Counted from the stretch's first letter, positions 34,266 through 49,227 are shown. The stretch is 64,000 bases of DNA from Lingula anatina (GCA_051362555.1 CM120644.1:13724567-13788566); one strand, 5' to 3'. Translations and numbers: made by a program. Notes: generated by a model not told the origin, from the sequence alone.

Positions 34266-36292
34266 AAGTATCTATTCGTCTGTTTGTTCGTCCGTCTGTC
34301 CATCTGTCTGTGTGTTTTCCTGACCGTCCGTATATTTACTTATTACTTTTACTTTTAAAACCTTTTAGAATTGAAAAGATAATTCAGGCGTCGTTGATAT
34401 TCATTCCAATAGTTGTTCCAATTCATTTTTCACAATGCGTTACCTTGTTTTCATCGATGTATTCTATAAAAAATTACATAAAAGATAATAAATCATTTTA
34501 TGCATCTCAGGAAGAGGAAGGGAATGTTCGCTGATGGAGGTTACGACATGCGCCAAACCACTATTAGGTGAGATTAAAACCATTTATTACTTTTTATGGA
34601 ATCATTTATATGTAAAACAACCGGAACTTCGAACTAAAATATGTATAAGATGTTTTATCTCTTATAAATTTTAATGCCTATATCTCTTTTACAATTTAAT
34701 GCCTGTAAACTAATACAGTGGTAGTAGCTTTGCTTTCTTACAGATCAAAAAATAATTGCTGTTGAATGTGTCTTGTGAGGAAGAGTATCGTCTCATTAAT
34801 TATTGTGAGTTGAGGTCAAACAAAAACGATAGATTTTCATGCAGTCCCTGATGCGCAAAATACGCCTACCGATAGAAATAAAACGAACTCTTTTCTTATC
34901 ACGAAAATGATTTTTTTCAAGTGAAAATTAAGCAGGAATTTTCCAACATGTGTGACTGTCCCGTCGCTTGTGAGGACGTGACGTATGCTACGTCAGTGAC
35001 GTATACGTCAATACCTAGTAACAGTACAGCAAGTGAACTGGCTACGAATCTACGTATGTCCCCCACTGAAGTCAAGTAAGTGATACTGGGGCCGCATTTT
35101 TGAAACTATGTAACCTACAACAATTTGTAAATATTTACGTGGTCACGATATTATGAAATTATAGAGAGCAACTTTATGTGTTCATATATATTCATTTATT
35201 GGCCAGTTCATTATTTGATAAGTTAATCAATTAATCAATCGATTAATTAATTTTAATTAACTTAAAAGTTAACAATATGCCCATATTGAATGTATTTTAT
35301 CTTCTATGGCTCCCATACTACAAATTCATCTAGCTACGCATTTTATAAATATTAGCATAAATTTTGATATATTCATGAAAAAAATTATGTTAACTATCAT
35401 TCATATCATCTCTTTTGAAAAGAGCGAACTACGTCATTATGGATATTTACCTGGAAAACCTGAACTATATCAAGAGCGAGCAGTTACCAGCCGTGGAGCC
35501 ATCCGCTCTTATAAGTGAGTATTTCATGATCACATTCTTAGTTGGCGTTCCAACATAAAGCTACTGGAGTAGGCCTATATGTATCGTCTGGTGTCCATTT
35601 TACAAAACTATCGTACGTTTTATTAAAATGCCACCAGTCAAATAAAAGGGGCATTCGTCAGTTATACTGTTATCTAAATTGCAATTAAAATTAGACAAAA
35701 GGAGTTAGGGCAAATTGACACATTCTTGCGACGGTGCTACCATCTAGCGGTCGTTCACAGACATTGATGATAATACACAGTGACCAGAAAACGTCTCCTT
35801 AGGTTTAGCTTACGCATGCCCCTTTAATTAGACGTGCTGGTTTTTGTATTTAGTATATTTCCTTTTTAAAGAAAATTTCTTATAAGAAAAGTTATCAAAG
35901 TTAGTATCTAAAATATTGGACCTTCTTGTGGGTAAGCCGCCGTAATTTCATCTAAAAATATAATAATCACAGCATAACGCAAATGTATTTGATAAGAGCA
36001 ATGGCCACTTTTTGTTCAAGGTGACATCGGTGGACAGTTTGGACTCTTTATGGGCTTCAGCCTGCTGACCATTATCGAATTTATCGAGTTTGCGGCGATG
36101 ACCTTGTACACGTGGATTTTGTCGGCCAAGCTGCAGCCAAAAGTTGACATTGTAATGGTAGAGAGCAAAGTTAAGAAATGAATCCACGACCTAAAGTTAA
36201 AATAGCTGTAAAAGTATGAACATCCAATGGCACTAAAAGAAAACATAGTATAGCAAGAGATTTAATAAAAATACTGTTAGTCAAAAGGAAAC

Positions 36293-36552
36293 GGCTATGT
36301 TCCCATACCTAGATCGATCTTACAGGATTGCTCCATCTCTCAGGGGTTTCTCGCTAAATTGCTTTCAGCTTAAGCGGCTTAGATGTCTGGCACGCCTACT
36401 GAAGTTGCTAAACGATAATAAATATCCCCTGGCAGCCTCAGTAGGGTTGACAGACATCTAAGGCGCTAAAGTTGATTGCAATTTAACGAAAATCCCCTCA
36501 GGGATAGATCGACGACTGTAAAGTTAGTACGAATGGGTCTGGGAATGGTCCC
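36293..36552. mobile_element. Palindromic MITE (family B), downstream of the channel-1 stop codon
   Basis: Ends GGCTATGTTCCCATACCTAGATC / GTCTGGGAATGGTCCC; homologous to the 13605 and 54324 copies. Confidence 0.8.
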
Positions 36553-39500
36553 AAAAACAGTAACTCATTCGTTTGGTAACAAATAACGCGCATGTTGGCG
36601 TCCTTGCCACCTCTCTCCTGTTGAGATGAAGGGTATTTTGCTCAGTTAAAATGTATAAATATGAGACTGTCGGGAACCCAGAGAGCATCAAAATTTTGTC
36701 TTATTTTTACAACTCTGAACTATTGTTTAAGTAATCTCCCGTCATTTCTGTATGTATATCATGGCTAGTTTTGACCGAGAGGTCCCGCGCTTTCAAATGA
36801 AGTATGATTTAAATCAGCATGTGCACAGAGAGGACATCAAATCGGGTATTTTGGCGTTATGCTTCAAACCTAGCTATTTCAGACTACCCAGGGTCGAAGA
36901 CTAAAATACTCCTGGAAGGTATAAGTAGTAGACCTACAATGCATGCACGTAAGTTGGTTGATTAAGTTATGTTAACCGTCCAGCGGTACTTCTTCAGACG
37001 TTGCTCTGAAGTCAAGGTAAGAGGCTTCTGATGAACTGGGAGAAAGCAAAATAAATTGAAGCCAATGCACAATAAAGCATTTATACGGTATTTAAATGTG
37101 TTGAATCGTTGGTATAGTATTTTAAGAGCATTGAGTTAAATAATCTACATATGCTATGTGCAGTAACTCTTAGAGAAAAGGATCAAGTAATATTCAAAAT
37201 ACCCTTTTACTTTATGCTGCGCATAAGAAAAATCTGCAGGGTATGTATTACTGTACATGATACAGTGTCTGCAGCGACTTTAATGTTATGACTGGCATCT
37301 TACGTAACTTTTGTTGGGCAATCGATACAGCTTAATGTTTCTTAATGGTGGGCATTGTTTGGTTTTCCCGGAAATTTTACTATTTCACGACAGCAGGCTA
37401 ACTTTCCCCGTTTCCACAATAAACACAATAAGGGATGTTTTAGAAACATTGGCTTTGATATTCAGAAGTAGATATATCACACAATATGACATGTAAACAT
37501 ATATCGTATGCATTGTACATGTACTGTATGCATTGTAAACTCTCTGGGATCGTTTTGTTGGAATAAAATAAAAATATATGTATATTCAGCAGAGGCGTTA
37601 CATAAGCTGTCTACTTTGTCGTTCTTTTTAATAAAGGAGACTTGATACGAGAAAAACCAATCGATATTAAAGAAAATATATTTTGGCTACATGAATTTTC
37701 CATAAATGTGATACTGACACATCGAACGAACGTCACTTTGTCGTGAAAATAAAATCAAATTCAGGAAATGGAGTGAATTGATCCACTGTACACGTGAGAT
37801 ACTTATGTATCTTAGTACAATGTTTAATCTTACCGAAGTTGACCAGTACCATTTAGCACCACAAAACAAACCAAAACTACTCGGACAACGTGTTACCCTT
37901 CAAAAGGGTCGATACGTCCCATTACCACAAGCGTTGCAAAGGAAGCGGAAGGTGGCAGGAGGCTTTGGGAGTGGACCTGGCGCCCTACGGGTCTTATGGT
38001 GTTGAATTTAATCAAAAAGTTTAAAAGATATTATGTAACACCAAAAACCTATCTGTGTTATCGCAATAACATTGCAAACAGTTGCAGGAATCAATGCTGC
38101 AGGAATCAATAACGCAATTGCGTTTTGAAGCATGTCTAGTTTTTGGTTCTTGTTCCTTAGGGGGGTCAACTGTTTTCAATCTGAAGCCCGGATAAAATAC
38201 TTCCTATTATTGATTTTAACGACGCTTTTAAAGCAGTTTTAGTTGACCTACTGGCTCAGATGATAATATACCACTTTCACGTGTTCCTTGTCATTCTCTT
38301 TATATTTGCTTTGGTTCGTTTTCTGATTCAATGAACTGTTTGATTAAGCGGGACAGTAAACCTGTGTCAGTCACCTTTATCATTCCTATTTTGCCGTCCA
38401 CGCTGGTCACAGGTAAGTATAGACATAGGCCAATACATATTTTGTTAATTTATTAGCAATTCAGCCTGTTACCGGAAATTACATAATTAGACATTTAGTA
38501 AGTATTCAGTTAGCTGGTAGTTAGTAAGTGGGTTATCAAGTAAGTAGTAACAGAAGCAGTAGTCCTCTAGAATGATATCGTAATATGCACGCTCACTTAA
38601 TACAGATATGACATTTCATATGAAATATTTTTTCCAAATCTTTTTCATCAGGTTTTTACTATTTTGCTGTCTGATAAATGAAAATAAGGATCAAAATCAT
38701 TTTTTAATAACTTTTAATAATTTTTTGATGCCATTGTGACATCAGTTAATTTACTGCCAGTGAAGCAAACAAAAGAATACTTTGCCTATTCTAAGTCATA
38801 CGACAACTATTAAGAGCGATATTTTGGAACTCTATATTTTCCAAATTATTATTTGGAAAAGAATTACACGCTCCACAAAGGACCCTCATGTCAGTTTCTT
38901 ATCATAGCAACGGTCCCTGTTACGTATGCCCTCAGCTGGCTGGCTCAAGCGGCAATGCATACTTGGGATGGTTTTTTAGAGTTAAATCTGGAATGACGTT
39001 CCAGACATCGGTCAAAACTTGTCCAATTTGGTTCAGTTCTGTTGTAGGAAATGTAGGCCGTTGATTCGGCGAGTAATAATCTACCCAAATTTTGTCTATG
39101 TGGTTCAAAAATGGCGATTTTGCTGACCAAGGTAGCTGCTTATTCCCTTGGTTGTGTAAGTTGTCTTCTATTAAAAGTGTTCTGTGTGAACTGGCGATCT
39201 CATCGTGCAACCTAAAATTGTTGACTATCAAATGATAGTCAAGTGGTTCCCAGATTATTCCTTTATTTGACGTGGTTCAGGTGGTTTCAGGATGACTACC
39301 ATTGGTGTTTTGGCACCGTGTGGTATCCACTCCAAATACTGACGCTGTGAATGACCCTAGTCACTTTAGACGTCGTAGGCTCTTCACGATGCCTGCAAAC
39401 TTTGTTTTGACTGTTGAGCGGTACAGGTGAAATCTTACCTCAATACATAAAGCCAGGCGGCCATGGTCCCCAATCCATTAGGGAAACAGACAACGATGTT

Positions 39501-40501
39501 TTACTGTTTACAGTGGCTTCTTCAGCGGTCGCCTGGTATGCTAACCTGCTAAAACCAATTTGGTGTTCGGTTAGGGCCTTGAAAAACGCATCCTGGTAGC
39601 AATTTGCCCCTCATTCTGAACGAATTGGATGTTTTTTGTTAAGTTGCAGCATATCCGGAAGGACAGTGAGCCCTGTACCCTGGTAGTAAGATGTCGATAC
39701 ATTGGGTGTGGCCTCTTTGTAGGTACATCAGTCTGGACATAGCTGTATAAAACTGTGCGGACCGTTTCGTGTGACATACCGGGGTAATAATCTGTCTGGA
39801 AATGTCTTTTTCGTGTCATTCTGGCACAGATTAACAGTTTGCAAAACAATGCTTAACTCATTTTATGCACTGCAAAACCGACCGCCTGCATGCACAATTT
39901 CATATTCTTCTATGTAGTAGTTGCCAACAAATGGATACTTTTTTTGACAGAACCATACTTCGCGATGCCATGCTTTGACCAGCCAAAATGAGCGCTACCC
40001 AAATAAATCATTTGAAAAATGATCCCATTTTTACTTATAGGCATACCTTTGAAATTGAAATATTCCATATTAAATGTCAAGTCTGCATATGAGTTTTTGA
40101 GTAACTTGATAGGCCTTACTCTGAAGAAAACCTGATGCAGAGAAAGCAATCTAAGGTCTAACTAGAATACTGTAGGTGTCTTTCACTTTTCTTTGGTGAT
40201 TATTTTGTTTAGTTCCAAATTTCTAAAACCTAATCCCGCTAGCTAGGCTTCTTGAACAGTGAAATACAATTCTGGTACCTATTGCTAGGGTGACAGTGTA
40301 TTATCACACACAAATTCCACTAGTACCGGCTCTAGTACCGTGTGAATACAACTTATAAATTAAATATACATAAGCCATTTGAAGAAAGGCCTTGGCTTTT
40401 TTTTTAAAGTGAAAGGAAACTGGTTTTCCGTCCGTCTTTGTTAAGTTGTAATAGTCGAATTGGAGATTTAGGCGGTTATTTTATACGTAATTCAGGTTAA
40501 A

Positions 40502-41230
40502 ATGACCTCGACAAGAAATGAAAAAGAAGACAAAGCAAAGGAGGAGCCGCATGTTTCCATCGAGACCTTTGCGACATCCACTTCTGCGCATGGCTTCGCC
40601 CGCGCCTATCAGAGTCGCCATCTTGTGGCGAAAGCAATCTGGACCGCTTTGATCACTGCGGGATTCATTGTCGCTGTGGTGCAGATATACTTCAGGTTTG
40701 CCGCCTACTTCAGATACGACACGACGACTAAAATAACCATGGTGTTCGCCAAGGAACTGCAGTTTCCGGCTGTAACTATTTGCAATGCTAACAAGTGAGT
40801 GGAGTATATATAGTGTCTGTTTGAGGTAGGCCAACAAATGCGTGTTTTGATGAAATATGAGGATTTTTCTTTTTTGGAAATTTAACACCTGTTTCTTAAT
40901 CACCAGAGTATACTTTTAAAACTGTTGAGTCACCCTGGAGATTATAGATACATGTATAAAGGATTTCACTCGTTACAGTAAAAAAATTAAAACTGAAAAC
41001 GGGTCGTTTGTGTAATTGTTTCAAATGTTTTGAATTTGGTATACCTTTCTGATTAAGAGAAAAGTTCCAAGAAAATCAGTCTGCGGTATATTTTTTTCTG
41101 GTACGATATCGTGGAAGCAAGATAAATCACCACAGGGTTTATAGGCCAAATTTTGCCATTGAAAACAAGAAAGGTTCATGTGTAGTTCTTTACTGTGGCC
41201 TGATTAACACTCAAGATATTGCTAAAATTG

Positions 41231-41300
<70 letters not shown>

Positions 41301-44186
41301 CAGCTGACTGTCAAAATACTCTACCCCAATATTGGGCAAAATTCAATTATCATTTTATCCCATACATTATTGTTATTATTGTCAGGTACATGTTGAACGC
41401 GCTGAATGACGCCGACTTACACTTTCTTGACTCTGTGATCCCATATTTGAAACCCCACTTCAGTCGTCGCTCCAAGTTCCACAATCCCCGCGCCCCCTCT
41501 GACACAGATATCAACAGCACCAGTCAAGGAGTCAGTTTGGAAGACATGTTTAATTCCATGTACCCCAATGGGTTCCAAATGTCCAATTTCACACGAGAAA
41601 AGGGGTGGAAGATTAACTGGCTCAATCTGATTTGTTACTTTCGAGGAACGCTGTGTAACGTGCAGGTGCTTATTTTGTACACGGATGATAGTATTTTTCC
41701 TTTTCTTAATTACAAAAACCTAAGACACAATACATTCTGTCTGTCTTATGTTATAGGGCGCATTCAGAGCAAATTGATCCACGGACTAACAGATCAGCGG
41801 ATCAACTTTGGTTGTGAATGCGGATATAAACAGACAAATGCTTTCTATACAAAAGAACAGCTAATTTTTACAACACATACATGTACATAGCCGTTGATGA
41901 TAGCACACGTTTGATTCTGCTCCTTTTCAATACATTGTAAATAAGATATTTACATACATTAAGTATATTGTACAAAAGCCGTTTCTTAACTGAGGCTGTT
42001 TGCTTATTTTGTAAAAAATACTAACCCTGTTATTTTAAGGACTTTACTCATGCTTTCACGTCTTTTGGGAACTGTTACACGTTCAATGCTAATGGAAGTA
42101 AGTACCAAGATCAAGAAGGGATCGGGAATGGACTCCATTTGGAAATAAATATCCAACAGGTAAGGGTACAAAACGCTACATGTACAGTGTATAAGCTAAA
42201 ACAAAACAAGAAAAAAAAATTACTCTTCCCATCATGCCCCATCACCGTCTTCCTTTTAAATGGTTAAAGACAGATATACTTCAGTTTATTATTAAAAGGT
42301 TGGGAAAATACAGCGGACCTAAATATTCTCCATCCATTCTTTTTTATCCGCCGTCTCAAGAATTATACCCTTATATCACCAATCTTGAAGTAGAATGACA
42401 ATGTTATTCACAACAGTTACAGATGCTGTTGGCATAAACTTCATGGCGCGTCGTACATTTTGTTGGGCGCGGAATGAAACTAAAACGCTTACGAGTCACG
42501 TATGGGCACCCCTATTCCCCGTTATACATTTCAGTATTTATACAGCAACAGTTTGCTGCGTGGGGATGATTTGGACGCCGGGATCTTCTTCCATGTGCAC
42601 AACCAGTCCGAGCCACCGTCTATTGAAACCAAGGGACGCGCTGCCGCCCCAGGATTTCGCACCTACGCAGGACTCTCTAGACTTGACGTGGGCACATTTA
42701 TATGATACACTTTTGATCGTCAAGATATCTTCTTGCTAACGCTTTAAATAATTATTCTGTAAAAAGAAAAATCTGTGTCATCCCTTTTGAAAATCTGAAT
42801 CCAACAGAGAGTGACATTTTGAAATATTGGTGACATAAAGTAACATATTATTAATCCAATGCGATACATTCGTCAACTTGAATTAACGACACAAAATGTA
42901 TCTTCTTATAAACATTTTTGTATTTTGTATAAATATCTGTACACTTTTTTATACCTGTTTTTCAATTTTTTATACTTTCCGCATTTTTTTCTTAGACTGA
43001 CACACTGGAGCCACCGTACGGGCCATGTAACCAGTCCGCGTCTCTTCAATATTACGAGGTATATACGACCTCTGGGTGCATTATGGAGTGCAAGTTGAAT
43101 CATATTCTAGAAGCTTGCGGGTGCAAACCGATGCAATACCCTGGTATGTAAGGGGAGGGTCAACGGAAGCTTAGACCCCATTTCCATGGATTTTAGATCG
43201 ATCTATCCCTGTGGAGAGTCTCACTAGATTACTGTCAGCTTAGCCGGCTTTAGCGTCTGTCCCGCCTACTGAAAGCTGTAAGGGGGTAATTAACTATGGT
43301 GCGAGCTCGGCTGACTGCAATTTAGCGTGAACCCCCAGGGAGTTAGGTCGATCTAAATCTTAATCTCTGGATCGATCTAAATCTCTGGGAATACACCCTT
43401 AGAGTCAAACAATTAGCATTACATATTCACACAGCCAAAACAATAATTTCATGGAAGTTGTCACATTTCACTTCACAACGAAGGAGTATACTATCCAAAA
43501 CCGTAAATCTACTCGTACATGTATAGGGTTGTTTGATTTCACAGTTTTCAAGTCATTCTTGTGATACAGATGGTTGATTTATTCTGTAACACTTAAAACA
43601 GAGTTTAAATACCAAAAGGAAAAATATATCATGCCTTAAGGACTCGGGGTTATTTATTGAAAATTTAAGAAAAAATCTATTTTTGGTGATTTAAAGACTA
43701 ATGCGCCTTATATTTCGTTAGCGTACTCACATCAAGTATTTGGGTTCATGTTTACTGTGGAATTTTATTATCGTAATATTAACATTACCGACTGTGTTGT
43801 TCCCATTTGGGGGTCAGAAAAATACATGGCAACGCGACCGTTATAATATCAATTACATTATTCTGTAATGCATTACAATTGTGAATTTATTTGTTATTAC
43901 TGTTTCCGTTTTCATGCAGTATTTTCTTCTTTTTAATGCCTTTTTATTTGACCTTTATCTGATTTAATTTTTTTACTTTAATTCCAATGCAGGAGACGCG
44001 AGGGAATGTTCTCTGGTCGAGAAAACGAAATGCGTACTGCCTGTTTTAGGTAAGTACATGCATCGACAAATAATAAGAATTACACATGAATTATTACAGC
44101 TCATCTACCTTTATTAAATTCATTAGTATTTTGTTCGAAATATTTTCAAAATCTATTGCACGCTATGGTCTTGATGAATATAGGAT

Positions 44187-44226
<40 letters not shown>

Positions 44227-45992
44227 TTCCACAAATTATTACCAGCTACAAAACTTACATACATAATCAATCTGAATTGATCTGTTGAAATCTATTTCAA
44301 GAACAGGAATGATGCTCATGTGTAGATGGCCTGTTATGTAAGGGTAAACGTTATTCTCATATTCGCCCCTTTATTTTTTCTTTACTTGTTTTAACTTCCA
44401 CTCTTGTTTTACACAATCACCACATCGTTCTCTTACATTACAATTCTGATTAATTTTTAGCAAATATCAGACAGAATTTCACGCGCATGTGCAAGTGCCC
44501 CGTCCCCTGCCAGGTCGTGACGTATCAGACCTCTGTGACGTCAACCGCTGTTCCTAGTTTGAGCACAGTTGGAGAGTTGAACAACATATATAATATTGGC
44601 GAGGACAGTTTCAAGTACGAACAACCAAATCCAAGTCTGTCGTTTTTGAATGGGCTTATCCTAATGTCAGACTTCAGTAATACTTTCATGAAGCCTCTCC
44701 AAAATTGATTAGTGTGTGTGCGTGTGTGTGTTTATTAAACCTTTTTAAAAACATCCTGACTGTTTTATTATTCGATAAAAAACATAGTTATTCGATCAGC
44801 GCTTTTCTATATATTTCATAATATAATTTTTAAACGTGTGTAATGTAGACGCACTGACAGCACTGCTTTCGTCTTTTGTGTTCTTCATTTAGTTAAAATT
44901 CGTGTACATCTTTATGTTCATGTATACATTGTATTTTCATTATAGAAAGAACTTCGTGATCCTGGATGTTTATCTTGAGAGCTTGAACTACATCCACAGT
45001 GAGCAACAGCCCGCAATAGAGCCTGGCGCCCTCATCGGTGAGTACAATCATTCTGATTATTATAGAGGCGAGTGTGTTTACGTTTTTAAATTCTAAATGA
45101 AAAAGGACTAAGCACGTTTCAGTGAGCCATGGGGCTCATTCCCAATACAACTATAGTTCTACGTAGGCGGAACCAACTCCAAGGGGACTCTTGCTGAATG
45201 CAATCAGCTAAACAGACTAACACGCGCCTTTTTATATTCTACTCGACGCCGGGAGAAAGCGTGTTAATCAGTTAATCTGATTGTATTCAGCACGATCTCC
45301 AGGGAGTTGGATCGATCTACGTAAAACAGTTGATTCTTTGGGAACGAGCACATAGATCAAGTCCATTTTCAAGTTGTGGTACTCGTGTTGGAAAGATATT
45401 ATTTTAGATGACCAGCTTGAAAAAATATATAAAAAAGGATCTCTTTTCTATTTGATGACAGTCACAAATTTACAACTTTATTTCAATTTGAATGCAAGTT
45501 TAATTGATAACGATGGTCGAGTTATTTTTAACCTTGTTGAAACATTGCATTTTTTTATGATAACTGTTAAATTTTGATAGGTCCTAGTTGACATAAAATT
45601 TATAATTATCGAAAACGTTCATTGTCCGAGGTCGTTGGTTACAGCAGTGAGTCTGATCTAAAGTGCTGTATTAAAAACTTAAAAGAACAAGATCAAGAAT
45701 TCTACCGATGCGGTGTTTTTACTTAAAAGTATTAGCCCTATCCCATTCTTTTATTGAATATCTCCTTTTTTCTATTCAAGGTGACATCGGAGGACAGTTT
45801 GGGCTTTTTATGGGCTTCAGTTTGCTGACCATTGTCGAATTCATCGAGTTCGCTATTCTGACCGTTTTTGCATTTGTATGCTACCCTAAAACGAAACCAA
45901 AAGTGGGCGTTGCTGTCGAAGATGCCCATGAGAAAGAGAAAAATGACAACAATAAAAACCGATCAGTAGATTATAAAGTCTTCTTTAGATGA
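40502..45992 (+). CDS. ASIC-like DEG/ENaC (amiloride-sensitive sodium channel family) paralogue 2, intact, 502 aa
   Basis: Exons 40502-40794, 41386-41665, 42040-42159, 42535-42687, 42996-43143, 43993-44049, 44461-44614, 44946-45037, 45781-45992 sum to 1509 nt in frame. Motifs: HG, FPAVTICNAN, GNCYTFN, VHNQSEPP, complete Cys-rich thumb, GDIGGQFGLFMGFS TM2. A non-coding first exon probably ends at the donor at 38413. Confidence 0.93.
41233..41299. repeat. (TA)n microsatellite
   Basis: Direct observation. Confidence 0.95.
41756..41826. mobile_element. Internally deleted mini-MITE (family E)
   Basis: GGGCGCATTCAGAGC...TTGATCC / GGATCAA...GTGAATGCGG hairpin; ends match the 57556 element. Confidence 0.55.
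43174..43398. mobile_element. Palindromic MITE (family A), TSD TTA
   Basis: TTA|GACCCCATTTCCA...TGGGAATACACCC|TTA; interior homologous to the 27948 and 51934 copies. Confidence 0.88.
45131..45352. mobile_element. Palindromic MITE (family C)
   Basis: Ends GGGCTCATTCCCAA / TTGGGAACGAGC; arms CTCTTGCTGAATGCAATCAG / CTGATTGTATTCAGCACGA; related to the 12547 copy. Confidence 0.7.
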
Positions 45993-48900
45993 ACCAGAAG
46001 CGGTGCCGCCCACGGAAAATGCATTTATTAATAATTGCCAGTAAGACAAATGGTAAATGCATATACGTGTACCAGCAACAAAATTTTCAGGAAAGGAAAA
46101 ACTAAAAAAACATAAAACATTGCACGATTGTTTAAAATGAACGACAAACAACTCTGAAGATAGAGACAGTTACGGAAAGAGAAATACTCTGAAAAAAGAT
46201 ATAATGTAAATAGAGCGAGTGTGGATTTGACTACGAATGCTAATATTTGCCCAAAGCGTTCGCATTAGTGGCTGTTTTCACTGTGTTATTACAAATACTT
46301 CATTATTTCAGTGTTCAGTATCGTACAGTTCTGTAAACGCCAGCATGTGCTAGAGTTCACTTTAGGTACAAGTGCCTTTATGATTTGGCTAAAAAACATT
46401 TGGCAATAAATTATTTGCTCTTATTTATGATTATATTTATGTTTTTGAAGTTTGGAGTAATTGGAGGAGTCACTTACATTCATTAGAATAACACATATAA
46501 CGTAAAAAAAGGTTAATGTAACACAGCAAACTATTACTCGAGGAAGTGGTCAAGCTGTCTACTCGTATACAACTACCACGCCCCTACCCGCCTGTCGATT
46601 CAACATTTTTTAAACGGACCAGTGACGACCCCTGTGGTCAGAGAGTATTTATCCCCCCTCCTCCCCCCCCCCCCAGTTCCCCTAACCACAACAGGATTAA
46701 CCTACTCATGCGATCTGATTAGGATGTGTAAATAGTTCAATGTTGTGTTCAAGATATATGATGCATCACCTCTAAATGAACCTAACCAAACATTCCTATT
46801 TCACAAGTTCAACCCTGGCCTCAATACTACCGGGTTAGATAAGAACCTTAAATTTTATCACATGGCAAACAAGGTAACCCTTACAAATGATTTACCTTTG
46901 TTGCACCGGCTTGCGCGAAATCCTTTCCTTAAGCAATACGAATTAATGATTCATTAAATAAATTGGGTTCATATATAAGTTCATATTCACAGGCAAAATA
47001 AACGGATGGGTTGCAGTTCATAAAACTATCTACTTGATCAGATCTTTAAAATTTATATTTGTTTCTGTACCTTATGCAATTGCATGTACCCATAGTAATG
47101 CACAATGCATTGAAATACAAACATGTTAGATACTCAAAGACTGTATACTGCTTTAAATAATGTAGTAAGTATTAACAGCGTGCATGAATTAATGGGACTA
47201 GACAAATATAAAATAGCCAAAGAGACGAGTGCATGGTTTAGAATCAATATCGATCAGATCGTAATGACGTATTGTTAATGGGCGCAGCACAGTCCCATAT
47301 TTTTTCTACATGTGATGAAAGGGATGGCCTAGATACACGCTGAACCTACCTCCACATTGCACTAAATGCATTTTGCATAATGGGGAGAAAAAAGGCGCCG
47401 TTGGGATCTATAAATAACTCGATCATTGCTTTGTAAAAGAAACAGCACAGTTATATACAGGTACAATAAACCAGCGGGGGACATTGCCGTGAAAGAAGCC
47501 GTCAGCCGAGGTCGTGTCGATACTTCCTCTTAACCGTAGGACCGAAATTGCCGGATAAATCTGTATTCATCATCTGAATTAAGGTAACTACTGATTAACC
47601 TTAAACACATTTAAAACAATACGAAACACACAGGTCAAATAGGCCTACTCTCACTTGAGTGGACCACTGCGGGTTATATATAATATTGGGCCAAGTAGAC
47701 TTATTTCTGGCGTGTGTAGAGTTAAGACCGTTTAAGACCATCTCTCCACTTTATATTATATACGGTATAACAGACCTTGAAGGGACAGGACCTCGGTGTG
47801 AACTAGCAGGTGATGAACGATGACTGAAATATTTCCTTAACAGACTGAGCGGGTGAGTGCAAGTTATATCGACTTTACAGAAATCTTGCAGGAGACAGTT
47901 AAATTGACTATACGGTGCACCCTGAGACGTGAGTTTCCAGTGATCCCACCCGACACTCAGGGTCAGGGTGCATGGTGGTCTTGGTTTCTGTGATTATCGT
48001 GCATCTGATATCACGGTCGACCCTCTACCAGGGCCACTGATTGTGTTTTCACCAGATATTAACAGACGTGGCATGGCGTTATTTATTTTAATTTCTACTG
48101 TCAATTAAGCGATGCCTTTAAGCTTGAAATATAAGATGTCAAGCCATCAGTCAGATGACCTCTGTAGTATATATATATGTATAAAATAAAGTAGCCCGAA
48201 GCTACAAAATGTCCCCACGCAACATGGCCCAAAGTAGGTCATTGCTCAGTATAAGAGTACAGTGGCATAAAAAATGCCTTTACTTTGCTGCATGCAGGCT
48301 TGCCGCAAATAAGATCAATGGTACAATTTTATATGACATGTATTGTACGAAACTGAAAATGACTACTAAGGGTACAGAATGTAGTAGAGAGAGACACGTT
48401 ATTGAAGGCGGGCCCATGAACAGGGAACATAGGCAACAACCCCAAGAAATCACGATATTAAAAAACCGAATGCCACACATTGTGCTTCACATTAACCTAT
48501 TTCAAATGGATTCGGTACAACTAAGATCTAATATACGTTTATTAGATCTTAGGGTAGAATAATGAGATGTGGGGGAAAAGGCTGGGGGGATAACTTCCTA
48601 TGCACTGCGTCCTGCCCCTAGGGGTGAGGGGGTGTCGTGAGGGGGCGTCAAGAGGGGGTGTCGTGAGGGAGCACAATAAGTAAAAAAAACTTTCATCAGG
48701 TTGGCACTGATTTCAGTTCCACTGTAAGGCAACAAATGAGGTTCTAAAACGTATTAAATCACTGGCAACTACATTGTTGTGTAGTACATTTTGGAAAAGA
48801 GGAACTTTGATACTTGCCGCTTTTTGCGAAACAATTAAGTACACTCAAAAGAGAATTGCTAGTGCGAGACAAGCTTTTGTGAGCTGTGCATTGTTTGGTA

Positions 48901-49227
48901 TTTTACGCGCTGTACCAAGAACAGTACAGCCGGGGCTATAGTGTCTACAGTGCGCGTAGCTAATGCGTACGTACTACATGTAGTAAAATGTCGCATTCAA
49001 AAAATGCCCCAGCTTGCTTGTCAGGCGCTCTTGAAGTACAGTATATGTACATTTCACATGTCAATTCACATGAAGAGATTTTTTGTCCTGTGGCAATTTT
49101 GCATTTCATATAAACCTTTATTCTATGTTCTCCTTATTTGAATTAAGGCTTAATCGTTTTATTACGAAATGTGAAACTATTAAATATATTTTCAAATTTT
49201 CAAAATTGATTGTTATTCAACTGTTTA

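Larger units (their letters stand above)
29966..36181 (+). pseudogene. ASIC-like DEG/ENaC channel paralogue 1, frameshifted in exon 5 (pseudogene, null allele or assembly error)
   Basis: Exons 29966-29982 (MYEMKS), 31471-31764 (TSTSAHGF, TM1, FPAVTICNAN), 32136-32430, 32905-33024 (GNCFTFN), 33277-33370 (94 nt vs 153 nt in the paralogue), 33963-34110, 34511-34567, 34922-35075, 35423-35514, 36021-36181 (SDIGGQFGLFMGFS; TGA). All other junctions are in phase. Confidence 0.85.
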
